DNA of 63,868 nt, the filler included, from Nitrospinae bacterium RIFCSPLOWO2_12_FULL_45_22 (GTDB lineage: Bacteria > 2-12-FULL-45-22): assembly GCA_001803565.1 (NCBI GenBank). It is 4 parts of 4 records of this genome, joined end to end, with 100 filler letters (N's around TTAATTAATTAA, not from the genome) between each part and the next. Parts side by side here need not be neighbours in the genome. Positions count along the whole stretch, not along the records: positions 26,390 to 37,206 come from MHDQ01000131.1; positions 37,307 to 55,842 come from MHDQ01000132.1; 2 more parts are not named here. One strand, 5' to 3'. Of this stretch, positions 32,926 through 42,068 are shown one piece after another; the stretch's first letter is position 1; every line of letters starts with the position of its first letter. The notes below the pieces were generated by a model that was given only the letters and a program-made list of their open reading frames with translations, had not been told where the DNA came from and did not search any database. Made by a program: the position numbers and the translations under genes.

Positions 32926-34323
32926 ATGCTGATAGACACCCATGCCCATCTGGATTTTCCTGATTATGAACCTGACCGGGAACAAGTGCTCCAGCGGGCC
33001 TCAGACGCAGGGATACAATATATTATTACCGTCGGGACTGACCTCGCTTCTAGCAAAAAGTCTTGTGAGCTCAGCCAGTCTTATCCCCAAATATATGCCA
33101 GCATCGGCATCCATCCCCACGAAGTCAAAGAGCTGGGGCCTGACCCCTCAGATATTTACGATGTCCTGAAAGGGCTAGTGCGGCAGGGCAAAGGGAAAGT
33201 AATAGCCTGGGGAGAGGCTGGGTTAGACTATTACCGGGATTATTCTCCCAGGGAGGTTCAGGAGAGGGAATTTCGCCACCAGGTCAGGATAGCTCAGGAG
33301 CTGGACCTGCCTTTGATTATCCATGCCCGGCAGGCCCATGACGAAGTATTGAAAATCCTTAACGAAGAAGCGGGCCCCAGGTTGCGGGGTGTCTTCCACT
33401 GCTTCTCTGGCGATGAGAGGATTGCTAAGGAAGTGCTGGGCTTAGGTTTTTATATCTCCCTGGCAGGCCCCCTTACCTACCCCAACTCTCATAAATTACA
33501 GCGGCTGGCAAAAATACTCCCTACTGACCGCCTATTGCTGGAGACCGATGCCCCCTTCTTAACACCCCAACCACGGCGCGGGAAACGAAACGAGCCCGCC
33601 TTTGTCACCTATGCGGCGGATAAACTCGCTGAGATAAAGGGGCTTTCTAGTAGAGATATTGCCCGGATAACTTCCCTCAATGCCTCTCTTCTGTTCGGCA
33701 TAGGAGGAAAGGATAAGACCGCTAAGATCGTTTACCAAATAAGGAAATCCCTCTACCTCAACCTGACTAATCGCTGCACCAACAACTGCTGCTTCTGTGT
33801 CAGGAACGATACCACCTATGTTAAAGGGCATAACCTGAAACTATCCCAGGAGCCTTCCATAGAGGAGCTCTGGCAAGCCACAACTGCAGAAGACCCAGGC
33901 CGCTACCAGGAGGTGGTATTCTGTGGCTTAGGGGAACCTACGTTGAGGCTAGAGGTTATTAAAGAGATTGCCCGTCGCTTAAAAACCAGAGGGATAAGGG
34001 TACGGCTCAACACCAATGGCCAGGGCAATTTGATCCATGCCAGAAATATCCTGCCGGAGCTAGAGGGCTTGATTGATGCTATCTCTGTGAGCCTCAATGC
34101 AGAGGATAAAGAAAAATATTATCACTTATGCCACCCCATATTTGGCCTTGATACTTATGACCAGGTCAAGGAATTTATTAGGGGGGCGAAGCGATATATC
34201 CCGCAGGTAGGTGTCACGGTGCTGGATATGCCCTGGGAGATAGATCTAAGCAAGTGTCAGGAGATAGCAGAAAAGGAGTTGGGGGTTTCCTTCCGCATCA
34301 GAGAATATAACATACTCGGCTGA
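32926..34323 (+). CDS. TatD DNase fused to a TatD-associated radical SAM domain
   Basis: DTHAH, GIHPH and ETDAP motifs, then YLNLTNRCTNNCCFC and FCGLGEP. Confidence 0.9.
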   Translation: MLIDTHAHLDFPDYEPDREQVLQRASDAGIQYIITVGTDLASSKKSCELSQSYPQIYASIGIHPHEVKELGPDPSDIYDVLKGLVRQGKGKVIAWGEAGLDYYRDYSPREVQEREFRHQVRIAQELDLPLIIHARQAHDEVLKILNEEAGPRLRGVFHCFSGDERIAKEVLGLGFYISLAGPLTYPNSHKLQRLAKILPTDRLLLETDAPFLTPQPRRGKRNEPAFVTYAADKLAEIKGLSSRDIARITSLNASLLFGIGGKDKTAKIVYQIRKSLYLNLTNRCTNNCCFCVRNDTTYVKGHNLKLSQEPSIEELWQATTAEDPGRYQEVVFCGLGEPTLRLEVIKEIARRLKTRGIRVRLNTNGQGNLIHARNILPELEGLIDAISVSLNAEDKEKYYHLCHPIFGLDTYDQVKEFIRGAKRYIPQVGVTVLDMPWEIDLSKCQEIAEKELGVSFRIREYNILG

Positions 34324-34334
34324 AAAATCTATTT

Positions 34335-34425
34335 ACCACGGAGTCACAGAGAACACGGAGAATGGAAGAAGATTTAAATCAATTAGCAGAAAGGATTGCA
34401 CTATAAAAACTCGGTGCCCTCTGAG
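34335..34425 (+). pseudogene. Internally deleted GxxExxY-family gene between its REP arms
   Basis: accacggagtcacagagaacacggag arm, then MEEDLNQLAERIAL* (34362-34406), then a ctcggtgccctctg arm. Confidence 0.55.
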
Positions 34426-35040
34426 GCTTTTTTTAAAATCAAATATGAAGACCTGATGGGCATTTTTTATGGGATGACTAAGGAGATATATGTGGGCGAC
34501 CGCTCTCAGGTAAGGCCTGGTAGTTTTTGGACCAGCTTTGAGACCGACCCCTACCTAAAAATTACCAGGAGCGATATCTATGGTCGGTGTGTCCCTTGTA
34601 TAGAGAGCTTATATTTTCAGATCAAAGAGGGGAAAGAGCTAATAAATGTAGAACTGGTAAACAATTGCTGGAAGGTAGGGATTATACTTAATAGCGAAGA
34701 AGAATGCCTGGCCTTTTTATATTATTACCAGGAAATTTTTTTGTCCGCTAGACCAGTCAGGGGCCGCTTTGGTACGCGAGATGCCAACTTAGGCACCTAT
34801 CTCCTCCTGTTCCAGGCCGAGAGCGAAACCGAGAAGGACATCTTAGCGGAAGAACTGACACTATGCAAAGCTGCCTTACAGCGACCAGCCGAGATCTTTA
34901 TCCAAAAAGGTTGTGCCAGCCTCTATCATGAGCTGCTGGGTCCCTGGCAGGCCTGGCAAGCATATACCCCTATCCAGAAGCCTGACCTTGTTCCTCAGCT
35001 CCTGTCTCATATCCGCAAACTCCTCTTCTGGGATGAATAA
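34396..35040 (+). CDS. Hypothetical protein; true start probably downstream of the REP
   Basis: 214-aa ORF with CxxC and no recognised family. Confidence 0.6.
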   Translation: MHYKNSVPSEAFFKIKYEDLMGIFYGMTKEIYVGDRSQVRPGSFWTSFETDPYLKITRSDIYGRCVPCIESLYFQIKEGKELINVELVNNCWKVGIILNSEEECLAFLYYYQEIFLSARPVRGRFGTRDANLGTYLLLFQAESETEKDILAEELTLCKAALQRPAEIFIQKGCASLYHELLGPWQAWQAYTPIQKPDLVPQLLSHIRKLLFWDE

Positions 35041-35111
35041 CCCACCTGGTTGGCCGTAATCTTTAACTATTACCCTTTCCGCCTTGACTTAAACTTACTA
35101 TGAATACTTTT

Positions 35112-35369
35112 TTACATTTTAGCTACTTCTTTTTTCATTTCATCTAAGGATATTCTTTTCCCTAGTTTAAATTCCTTTCTTGATTTTGCAATAATCTCGA
35201 GGAATTCTTGATTTGTGCTTAAAGATATTGATTCCATATCTACGTCTTTTAGCGAAACAAGCGCCGCCACAGGCTTATCCTTCGATTTTAGAACCAGTAT
35301 TTCTTTATCAATTTCTTTGGCATACTCAGATAAAGGTTTGGAGGCCGTTTCTAAATCAATTGTTTTCAT
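35112..35369 (-). CDS. Phd/YefM-like antitoxin
   Basis: KPLSEY..E...KPVAALV pattern. Coupled by an ATGA overlap to the restored toxin frame. Confidence 0.8.
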   Translation of the reverse strand: MKTIDLETASKPLSEYAKEIDKEILVLKSKDKPVAALVSLKDVDMESISLSTNQEFLEIIAKSRKEFKLGKRISLDEMKKEVAKM

Positions 35370-35673
35370 AATTTCACCGTCTTTCCAGCCATAAATAAGA
35401 CACTACCTTTCTTATAACCTACTGCAAGGATTTTTACAATTTTACAATATTGGGATCATCTGATGTGATAGCGTAAAATGCACGAAGGTTGCCTATTCTT
35501 AATTCCCAAGGGGCAATTGGGTTAGGACGAAGAGGTTTTCTATTTCGTGTCTCTTTCAGAGGCTCGTGGAAAAGTTGCTTTTCAATTCCATCCATTATTA
35601 ATGAACGCTGACTTGCGTTTAGGTGTTTGAAATGTTCTCTGACGCAATCGGCAAATTCGATTTTGTAGGCCAT
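35366..35673 (-). pseudogene. RelE/ParE-family toxin frameshifted by an 8-bp duplication
   Basis: KPLRPN...WELRIGNLRAFY motif. TTTACAAT is duplicated at 35433-35448; removing one copy restores KILAVGYKKGSVLFMAGKTVKL*. Confidence 0.85.
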
Positions 35674-35698
35674 TTTTTATTCTAATTTTAAAGCCACA

Positions 35699-36591
35699 AT
35701 GGGTAAGGGAGAGGCCGTCGCCACTCCCTTACCGTTGTCGCAATAGGGTCAATTCCCTATATTTGCCCCGATAGAAAACTTTCCTAACGAGGTTTACCAG
35801 CGTGAGTCTTTCTCTCACTGGGCGGCCCCCGCAAGATTGCCCCAAATAGGGGAGTAATCATATCGACCTTTGCCTGTTTGCAACAGGTGTTCCCTTGTTG
35901 ATACGATTACCGAAGGTAGTCGATCAATATCTACATCGAGAGTGTTCTTAGCGTTACATTGAGCCTTCCCCTACTTTTCATACATGAAAGTAAGGGAGAG
36001 CCTTATGTGGCCGATACTCGTAAGCTAACTTCTCCCATGCGGTTACCTCTCCTACCTCTCTCTTTTAGGTGTACCCTTTTGAGCTTCCAAAAGAAAGCCC
36101 TCCTCCGGGTACGCTGTAGACCCTAAAGAGCAAGAGCCAGGGATAGCCCCGTGCTCACCATCGCATAACGCCAACATTTCGGCATAGCCTTATAGTTGCC
36201 GCTTATCTCCATCTTCACAAATGGAGAACGACGTAGATCATTCATCGGTCAGTTATTGCACCATTTTCCTCAGGTGAAACCACCAAGCACCCCCACGAGT
36301 CATCCATGGATAATCGTCCACTACATGGACGGAGGTCAATAGACTACATAACCCCAGCGCTTCAGTCGTCGTTAGGCTCCTGGCGCACAGAGAAGGCCGA
36401 ATCGTGACTCCTCCCGAAGTATCATTGCCTGGCCCCTTCGCCACAGCCCATTTCTGGACTGCCCTGGCTGCATACCCCTCAAAAGAGAGTTCGAGCAATG
36501 ACTTCTGTACGGAGACGAATCCGCACCTGTCTGCCAAGGCACAGGCAGGCTCCGACCCTAAAAGGGCCTCACCGTTTAAGACTGAGCGCAA
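35699..36591 (-). ncRNA. ORF-less group II intron-like RNA
   Basis: 5' TTGCG, GAGAAGTTAGC junction-like motif and DIII-like hairpin ending GGGGAAGG. DV-like CGCCCAG-TGAG...CTCA-CG-CTGG and a DVI-like hairpin ending CCCTTACCCAT. No reverse transcriptase ORF. Confidence 0.65.
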
Positions 36592-36606
36592 TTAACCTGC
36601 GTCTCA

Positions 36607-36664
36607 CGGTAACGATAGAGCTAAGCTGCCGCTGAAAGCGGTTGGCTGGAGCGAATGGTTAGGT
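36607..36664 (-). mobile_element. Integron attC site
   Basis: Minus strand reads ACCTAAC-cattcgctccagccaaccgc...gcggcagcttagctctatc-GTTACCG, directly after the cassette stop codon. Confidence 0.8.
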
Positions 36665-36666
36665 GC

Positions 36667-37050
36667 TCAAGACACAAAGCCAAAATAGCCGAACAAGAGT
36701 CCGACGAAAATCCAAACATATGGAAGTATCCTCAAAACCCTGTCGTTGAAAAATGGTTTGGAGAGACTCTGAAAATATTTTGGGAAGGCTATTATGATTA
36801 CGCCTTTCATTAGGGTGAGCCAGCCGATAATCGTTATCAGCACAGTCCAGTTTCTTTCCCAGCTATTGTGATAGTTCACTATCATAAATCCAATAATGAC
36901 TGCCGTGAGACCCATAAAGTATGTCAGTGCAGTGTTCTTGAACATGTCGTCCTTTAGTCTGCGATAATGATCTGCACTGAAAATCCCACCTACAGCAACC
37001 GATAGATATATTACCGAAATGATTTTGGCGATGAGCCTAGATAGTTCCAT
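36667..37050 (-). CDS. Integron gene cassette encoding a four-TM membrane protein
   Basis: GGAGG RBS before ATG 37050. Bounded by two attC sites, with cassette ends GTTAGGCGC and GCACCTAAC nearly complementary. Confidence 0.8.
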   Translation of the reverse strand: MELSRLIAKIISVIYLSVAVGGIFSADHYRRLKDDMFKNTALTYFMGLTAVIIGFMIVNYHNSWERNWTVLITIIGWLTLMKGVIIIAFPKYFQSLSKPFFNDRVLRILPYVWIFVGLLFGYFGFVS

Positions 37051-37074
37051 ATCAGCGGCCTCCATATCTGTTGC

Positions 37075-37135
37075 GCCTAACGATAAGCTCACCCGCGCGC
37101 GGTTTTTGCGCGTCGGCTGGAGCGCTTTGTTAGAC
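37075..37135 (-). mobile_element. Integron attC site
   Basis: Minus strand reads GTCTAAC-aaagcgctccagccgacgcgc-aaaaacc-gcgcgcgggtgagcttatc-GTTAGGC, a canonical RYYYAAC...GTTRRRY site. Confidence 0.88.
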
Positions 37136-37205
37136 CCATTGTTTGTTGGGCCACTTTCATCAAACTGCGCAAAGCATCATTGACAGAGGCGTCATCACGA
37201 AATAC
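37089..37205 (-). CDS. 3' fragment of an upstream cassette ORF (antitoxin-like hypothetical)
   Basis: VFRDDASVNDALRSLMKVAQQTMGLTKRSSRRAKTARG*, ending inside the attC. The 5' part is lost at the contig end. Confidence 0.6.
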   Translation of the reverse strand, partial: VFRDDASVNDALRSLMKVAQQTMGLTKRSSRRAKTARG

Positions 37206-37206
37206 T

Positions 37207-37306
37207 NNNNNNNNNNNNNNNNNNNNNNNNNNNNNNNNNNNNNNNNNNNNTTAATTAATTAANNNNNNNNNNNNNNNNNNNNNNNNNNNNNNNNNNNNNN
37301 NNNNNN
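37207..37306. other. Artificial contig-joining linker
   Basis: N-TTAATTAATTAA-N. Confidence 0.97.
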
Positions 37307-37313
37307 AAAATTC

Positions 37314-37500
37314 GTAATCATTCACCGCAGAGCACGCAGAGGGCACAGAGGAAAGCTCCTGTAACTCAAGGCTTTAGCCTTGATCAACCCTAAAGGGTTG
37401 ATTTACGGTCTTGGGTAACTCAGGGCTGAAGCCTGTCCCATATTTAATTCAGATTGTGTCCCATCTCAGCGTTCTCTGCGATCTCTGCGGTGAATGGTTA
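37314..37500. mobile_element. GTAATCATTCAC...GTGAATGGTTA MITE with nested CACCGCAGAG and GTAACTCA REP-like elements
   Basis: Nested inverted repeats read directly. Confidence 0.7.
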
Positions 37501-37708
37501 AAAATTTATTGAACTATTGAATCCCCAAAAATATTTAAATTGTCCTAATGTCAACTTTTTTATTGGTTTGCATATATTATAGTAAAAGACAAAGGAAACA
37601 TTCATGGCCTTGAGGCTCCACTCTCAACTTATTTAAGTCGTTTACTATAATTATATCAAGCCAAAAGGATAGTAGAAAAATGAAATTATGCGTATCTGAA
37701 GGAAATGA

Positions 37709-38758
37709 TTACTGGTGGTTAGCGGGGGACAGGAGGAGCAAGCCATCCCTTCTATGGGTATCTATGGTAGTGCTCAATGATAGGCCAACCCGTAAAGGCT
37801 TATCTGGCGGTGGTGGTTCTTCCAGGACAATCTTTACCGGTACCCGCTGAACTACCTTTACCCAATTACCAGTAGCATTTTCTGGTGGCAGGAGAGAAAA
37901 AGCTGCGCCAGTACCTGAACTGATACTATGGACTCTTCCTTTATATATATAACCCGGATAGATATCTGCCTCTATCTCTACCGGCTGTCCTACCCGCACA
38001 TGGGTCAGTTGAGTCTCTTTATAATTGGCTTCTATCCAGATACCGTCCAGCTTCACTATTGCCATCAGAGGCTGGCTTACCTGTATGCGGTGCCCTATCT
38101 CTACAGTCTTCCGGGTGACAAACCCCTCTACGGGTGATTTGATGGTAGTATAGCTAAGGTTGAGCTCTGCTTCCTGTTTTTGGGTCAGGGGTTTTTGCAC
38201 AATAGCCCTTTCATATCTGGCCCCGTCCAATTCCCCTCCCAGGGCCGCTTTAGCATGTTCCAGTTCTTTAAGGGCAACATTAAGCTGCGATTCTGCTACT
38301 TTATAATCCGTATCAGCACGGTCATATATCTCCCGGGAAACAACACCCTTATCATAGAGGGCTTTGGCCCTTTCTAAGTCCAGCTTTGCCTGGTCATATT
38401 GGGACTTAGCTAATTTTACTCTGGCCTGCGCTGTCTCTACCGCCGCATAGCGCTGGTCGACTTCTTCAACCGCAAGCCGCAGGCCCATCTCCATCTCTCG
38501 CAGTTTAACGGCATAATCATTGGGGTCTAATTTTACCAGGGTCTGTCCGGGTAATACATGCCAGTTATTGTCTACCAAGACCTCGTTCACGGTTCCCGGG
38601 ATTCTGGAGCTTATATAAATAATATCTCCTTTAACATAGGCATTATCTGTGGTGACAAAATATTTCCTATAGGTCCACCATTTTATGCCAAAAAATATAG
38701 CGCCTATACTAATCAATATGAGAATAGATATAATGAAAATCCGCTTTTTAGAGAACAC
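37709..38758 (-). CDS. EmrA/HlyD-family efflux membrane fusion protein
   Basis: TDNAYV and GTGAAFSLLPPENATGNWVKVVQRVPV motifs. Confidence 0.92.
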   Translation of the reverse strand: MFSKKRIFIISILILISIGAIFFGIKWWTYRKYFVTTDNAYVKGDIIYISSRIPGTVNEVLVDNNWHVLPGQTLVKLDPNDYAVKLREMEMGLRLAVEEVDQRYAAVETAQARVKLAKSQYDQAKLDLERAKALYDKGVVSREIYDRADTDYKVAESQLNVALKELEHAKAALGGELDGARYERAIVQKPLTQKQEAELNLSYTTIKSPVEGFVTRKTVEIGHRIQVSQPLMAIVKLDGIWIEANYKETQLTHVRVGQPVEIEADIYPGYIYKGRVHSISSGTGAAFSLLPPENATGNWVKVVQRVPVKIVLEEPPPPDKPLRVGLSLSTTIDTHRRDGLLLLSPANHQ

Positions 38759-39219
38759 TTCTCATCGCCTGCCCGCATCAGTTGTCTGCGTTAGATTCTT
38801 ATCTCGGAAGGAACTTTGACCCTTGAAACAGATTTATTAATCGTATTTTACTATACTTTCGCAGAAAATGTAAACCAGACGCATAGAACATAGAGATTTC
38901 GCAGAGAGAGGAAAACCAAAGTTGAATTTTTAAAAGCTCGCTTCTAGTGCGGACTTTCAAAAATCCAGTAAGTTTTCTCTGCGAGCTTTGCGCCCTTTGC
39001 GTTTGGCTCTTTTGGGGTTGGGAAAAAGTGCGAAAGTATAGTTATTTTACATTAATAACCGATAGATCGCCAATAACAATTCGGCCATATGGCCAGTGAA
39101 GCAATATCCCATTGAGATCTCCAATGGCATACTTGACAGAAAGGAATTATTCTGTTAAGAAGATGGTAGTTTCAAGAGCAAAGGGGCAGTGACACTTTCT
39201 TTAACCAGAGGAGGGTATT

Positions 39220-39411
39220 ATGTTTTCCTTATTAAGATTGTTTGGTTTGTTTACTTTACCGGGCTTATTTCTTCTATCTATTGGTGGTATGCTGTGAGCG
39301 GCGGTAGTTGGGTTTGCCGTGGGCAAGCTGATGTCGAGATTTAGGCAGACCGGCACCTCTACCTGTGCTTCTCCTTCACCTACCGATATCCGGATAGGCA
39401 CTTGTGGTTAG
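39220..39411 (+). CDS. Small membrane protein with an in-frame TGA (possible selenoprotein or pseudogene)
   Basis: GAGGAGG RBS and a TTGACA promoter-like site at 39134. TGA at 39295-39297 lies in mid-helix and is followed by a hairpin. Confidence 0.45.
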
Positions 39412-39679
39412 AGAGGACAAGGAGTATATATTCACCGCATTTTTTATCCTGAATCCAGAACGAATGATAAAAAATCCTTATCATATAAGGATTTACCGGG
39501 CACAAAATGTAGCTGCAAAGCTTGTCTTTGCTACCGCCTAATCATGGCAGAGACAAGCTCTGCGGCTATCTGAGATTGATTCGCTCTGGATTCAGGTTTA
39601 TAGTAACCACAGATTCCACAGATAAAATAGATTTGGACCAGAGAAATCTGTAGTTTCTATAAAAAGTATTTGCTGAATT

Positions 39680-40123
39680 TTATCTTTTCCATTGGGAGCC
39701 GACCCTTGCTATCGTACTCATTAAGGATTTTGAGAGCGGAAAAGCTATATTACTCTTCCAGATAAAGGTATCCCAATAGCCCCGATAATAATAGATCTTC
39801 CCCTCCTTTATCCTAAAGACACTGCTCCCTTCTACTGAAAATTTTATCCCCAGCGTCGCCTCCGCATACCATTCTACACATGCCTCCTCGCCGGCAGCAA
39901 AGATATTTTTGGCCTCCCACACTACCCGCATAACCAGATTCTCTAGCCCGGCATATTGGAAGTATTGTGCTGCCTGATCCTTCCCACGAAACGGCGGGAA
40001 GCGGGGGTCCAGCCAATAGACATCGTCACTGACTAATTCGAGGGTAGATGATTCTTGCACTCTATAAGAATTGCAAATACTCATATAACACTTTACTACC
40101 TCTATGGTCTTTTCACTCTCCAT
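39680..40123 (-). CDS. SnoaL/NTF2-like protein
   Basis: DDVYWLDP..P.RG...EGKI...RGYWD pattern. GGAGG RBS upstream of the MESEK start. Confidence 0.75.
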   Translation of the reverse strand: MESEKTIEVVKCYMSICNSYRVQESSTLELVSDDVYWLDPRFPPFRGKDQAAQYFQYAGLENLVMRVVWEAKNIFAAGEEACVEWYAEATLGIKFSVEGSSVFRIKEGKIYYYRGYWDTFIWKSNIAFPLSKSLMSTIARVGSQWKR

Positions 40124-40127
40124 GGTC

Positions 40128-40829
40128 TTATCCCCTCCTTGTATAAAAAACAATACTCTTGGGAAAGAAATGGTTTAAGATACTTTCAACCCTCTGGGCA
40201 AACCGGGAATGGATACCCAATACCAGGAATTTATGATACCAACTGGGGAGCCAGGCCAGTTCATTGCTTAACCCAAAAACACACCGTAGGAGCCAGTAGA
40301 TAGAGTGAAAGGCGTGCTCAAAGCGGACAGCATGGATTTCTAGCTGATTCTGGAATAATTTTTTGGCCAATTCCCGAAAACCATATTTCCTGATATGGCC
40401 CCCCGGGCAGTTAAAATATTCTTTGGATAACCGTCCGTAGAGGGCTTCAGTAAACCAGGTAGGGACGGTTACCGCCATCTCTCCCTGCTTTTTTAATACC
40501 CGGACAAGCTCCCGGATCCCTCGGTTGTCGTCTGGTATATGTTCTAAAACCTCGGCACAAATAATCTTATGGAAAGCGCCATCTTTGAAGGGCAGGTTTT
40601 GGGCATCGGCTTTCACCAGCCTGATTCTGCCTATAGACTCTTTCTTTAGGGCCATTAGCTCGATCATATAATGAACTTTTAATAAGCTCTCTCTATCGGT
40701 ATCCATAGCATAGATTTGGTAGTCTCCCTTCTTGCTCAATTCCAGGCAATGGCGCCCCGTGCCACAACCGGCATCTAGTACCAGCTCACCCGGCTTCACC
40801 TGGAATATATCAAGATTAACGGTAAGCAC
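40128..40829 (-). CDS. Class I SAM-dependent methyltransferase
   Basis: LDAGCGTGRH, EVLEHI and GGHIR motifs. Confidence 0.88.
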   Translation of the reverse strand: MLTVNLDIFQVKPGELVLDAGCGTGRHCLELSKKGDYQIYAMDTDRESLLKVHYMIELMALKKESIGRIRLVKADAQNLPFKDGAFHKIICAEVLEHIPDDNRGIRELVRVLKKQGEMAVTVPTWFTEALYGRLSKEYFNCPGGHIRKYGFRELAKKLFQNQLEIHAVRFEHAFHSIYWLLRCVFGLSNELAWLPSWYHKFLVLGIHSRFAQRVESILNHFFPKSIVFYTRRG

Positions 40830-42054
40830 GGCGGGTCTCCTGATATGCCTGGATAATATCTCGACCTGCCTTCTCCCAGGTAAAATTCTCTGCTATCCGC
40901 TTCCGGGCTAATTCTCCCATCTTTTCCATTCTTCTCTCATCATGCAAAAGGCCCTTTATATGGAAAGCCAGGGCGGCTGGGTCTCGGGCTGGGACTAATA
41001 TCCCCCCCTCTCCTTGCTCTCCTACTACCTCCGGTAAGGCGCCAGCCCAGGTAGCAATAACGGGTAGACCGCAAGCCATTGCCTCACCTGCCGGGAAGCC
41101 AAAGCCTTCATATAGCGATGGAACCACGGCTATCTGGGCCGCTGCATACAGATCTATCAATTTGTTCTGGTTAATATTCCCGCGAAATATCACTCTATCT
41201 TTTAACCCATATTTTCTAACCAACCTTGAAGCATACTCTTTCCGTGTTGCTCCCCCATCCACTATAATTAGCTTAATATGGTCTTCTAATAACTGCATGG
41301 CCTGCAGGAGATATAAGATGCCTTTTTTCCGATCATCGGTATTACCGACAAAGATCAAGCTATGAGGTATTTTCTTTATGTTTGCTAATGGTCGAAATGC
41401 CTCCAGGTCTATCCCGTTATAAACTACCCGGATATTTTTTCTCGGTACCCGAAAATATCGCTCTATATCGTGGGCGGATTTATTAGATACCGTAATGATC
41501 TTATCCAATCTTTTGGCTACTATCCGCTGCATCAGCAAGGGGTAATATAATGCCATCCGTACTTTATCTCTAAGATGGGGCCGATGTTCAAACTCAATCC
41601 CGCAATCAATGTGTAAGGGATGGTGGATGGTAGCGATTACTGGAATTTTGAGTGCCCTGAGAAGCAATAGCCCGTAACCCAGACATTGGTTATCATGGAT
41701 GATATCGAAACGCTCATGCCGCAAAAGTTCTACTACCTTTTTGAAGGCACGCAGGCTAAAAGCCGTCATTTCAGGAAAGGAATTAAACCGGGTTACCACA
41801 AATTCATAGAAATGGAGGGGAGAAAAGATCTGGAAAGGATTGCCGGGCGGTAAAAACCCGGTTTTGCGCCCAAAAAAATTGAAATTAGTAATCGGATATA
41901 CAGGAATGCCATCCATAGACTCAGGATAAGGAGGGCCAACCATCATTTTGACTTGATGCCCCTGCCGGACCAACTCTCGGGCCAGATAATAGATATATAT
42001 ACCTTGTCCACCACAATATGGGTTACCTCGATAGCTGAGGAGCAGTATCTTCAT
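40816..42054 (-). CDS. Glycosyltransferase family 4
   Basis: SYRGNPYCGGQG, HDNQ and PSLYEGFGFPAGEAMACG motifs. Confidence 0.9.
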   Translation of the reverse strand: MKILLLSYRGNPYCGGQGIYIYYLARELVRQGHQVKMMVGPPYPESMDGIPVYPITNFNFFGRKTGFLPPGNPFQIFSPLHFYEFVVTRFNSFPEMTAFSLRAFKKVVELLRHERFDIIHDNQCLGYGLLLLRALKIPVIATIHHPLHIDCGIEFEHRPHLRDKVRMALYYPLLMQRIVAKRLDKIITVSNKSAHDIERYFRVPRKNIRVVYNGIDLEAFRPLANIKKIPHSLIFVGNTDDRKKGILYLLQAMQLLEDHIKLIIVDGGATRKEYASRLVRKYGLKDRVIFRGNINQNKLIDLYAAAQIAVVPSLYEGFGFPAGEAMACGLPVIATWAGALPEVVGEQGEGGILVPARDPAALAFHIKGLLHDERRMEKMGELARKRIAENFTWEKAGRDIIQAYQETRRAYR

Positions 42055-42068
42055 CGCCTCCGCATCTC

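Noticed and set aside
36253-36595. ORFs of 112 and 63 aa inside the intron-like RNA as an intron-encoded protein
   Set aside because: They have no RT (YADD) or maturase motifs and no RBS; they are chance frames.
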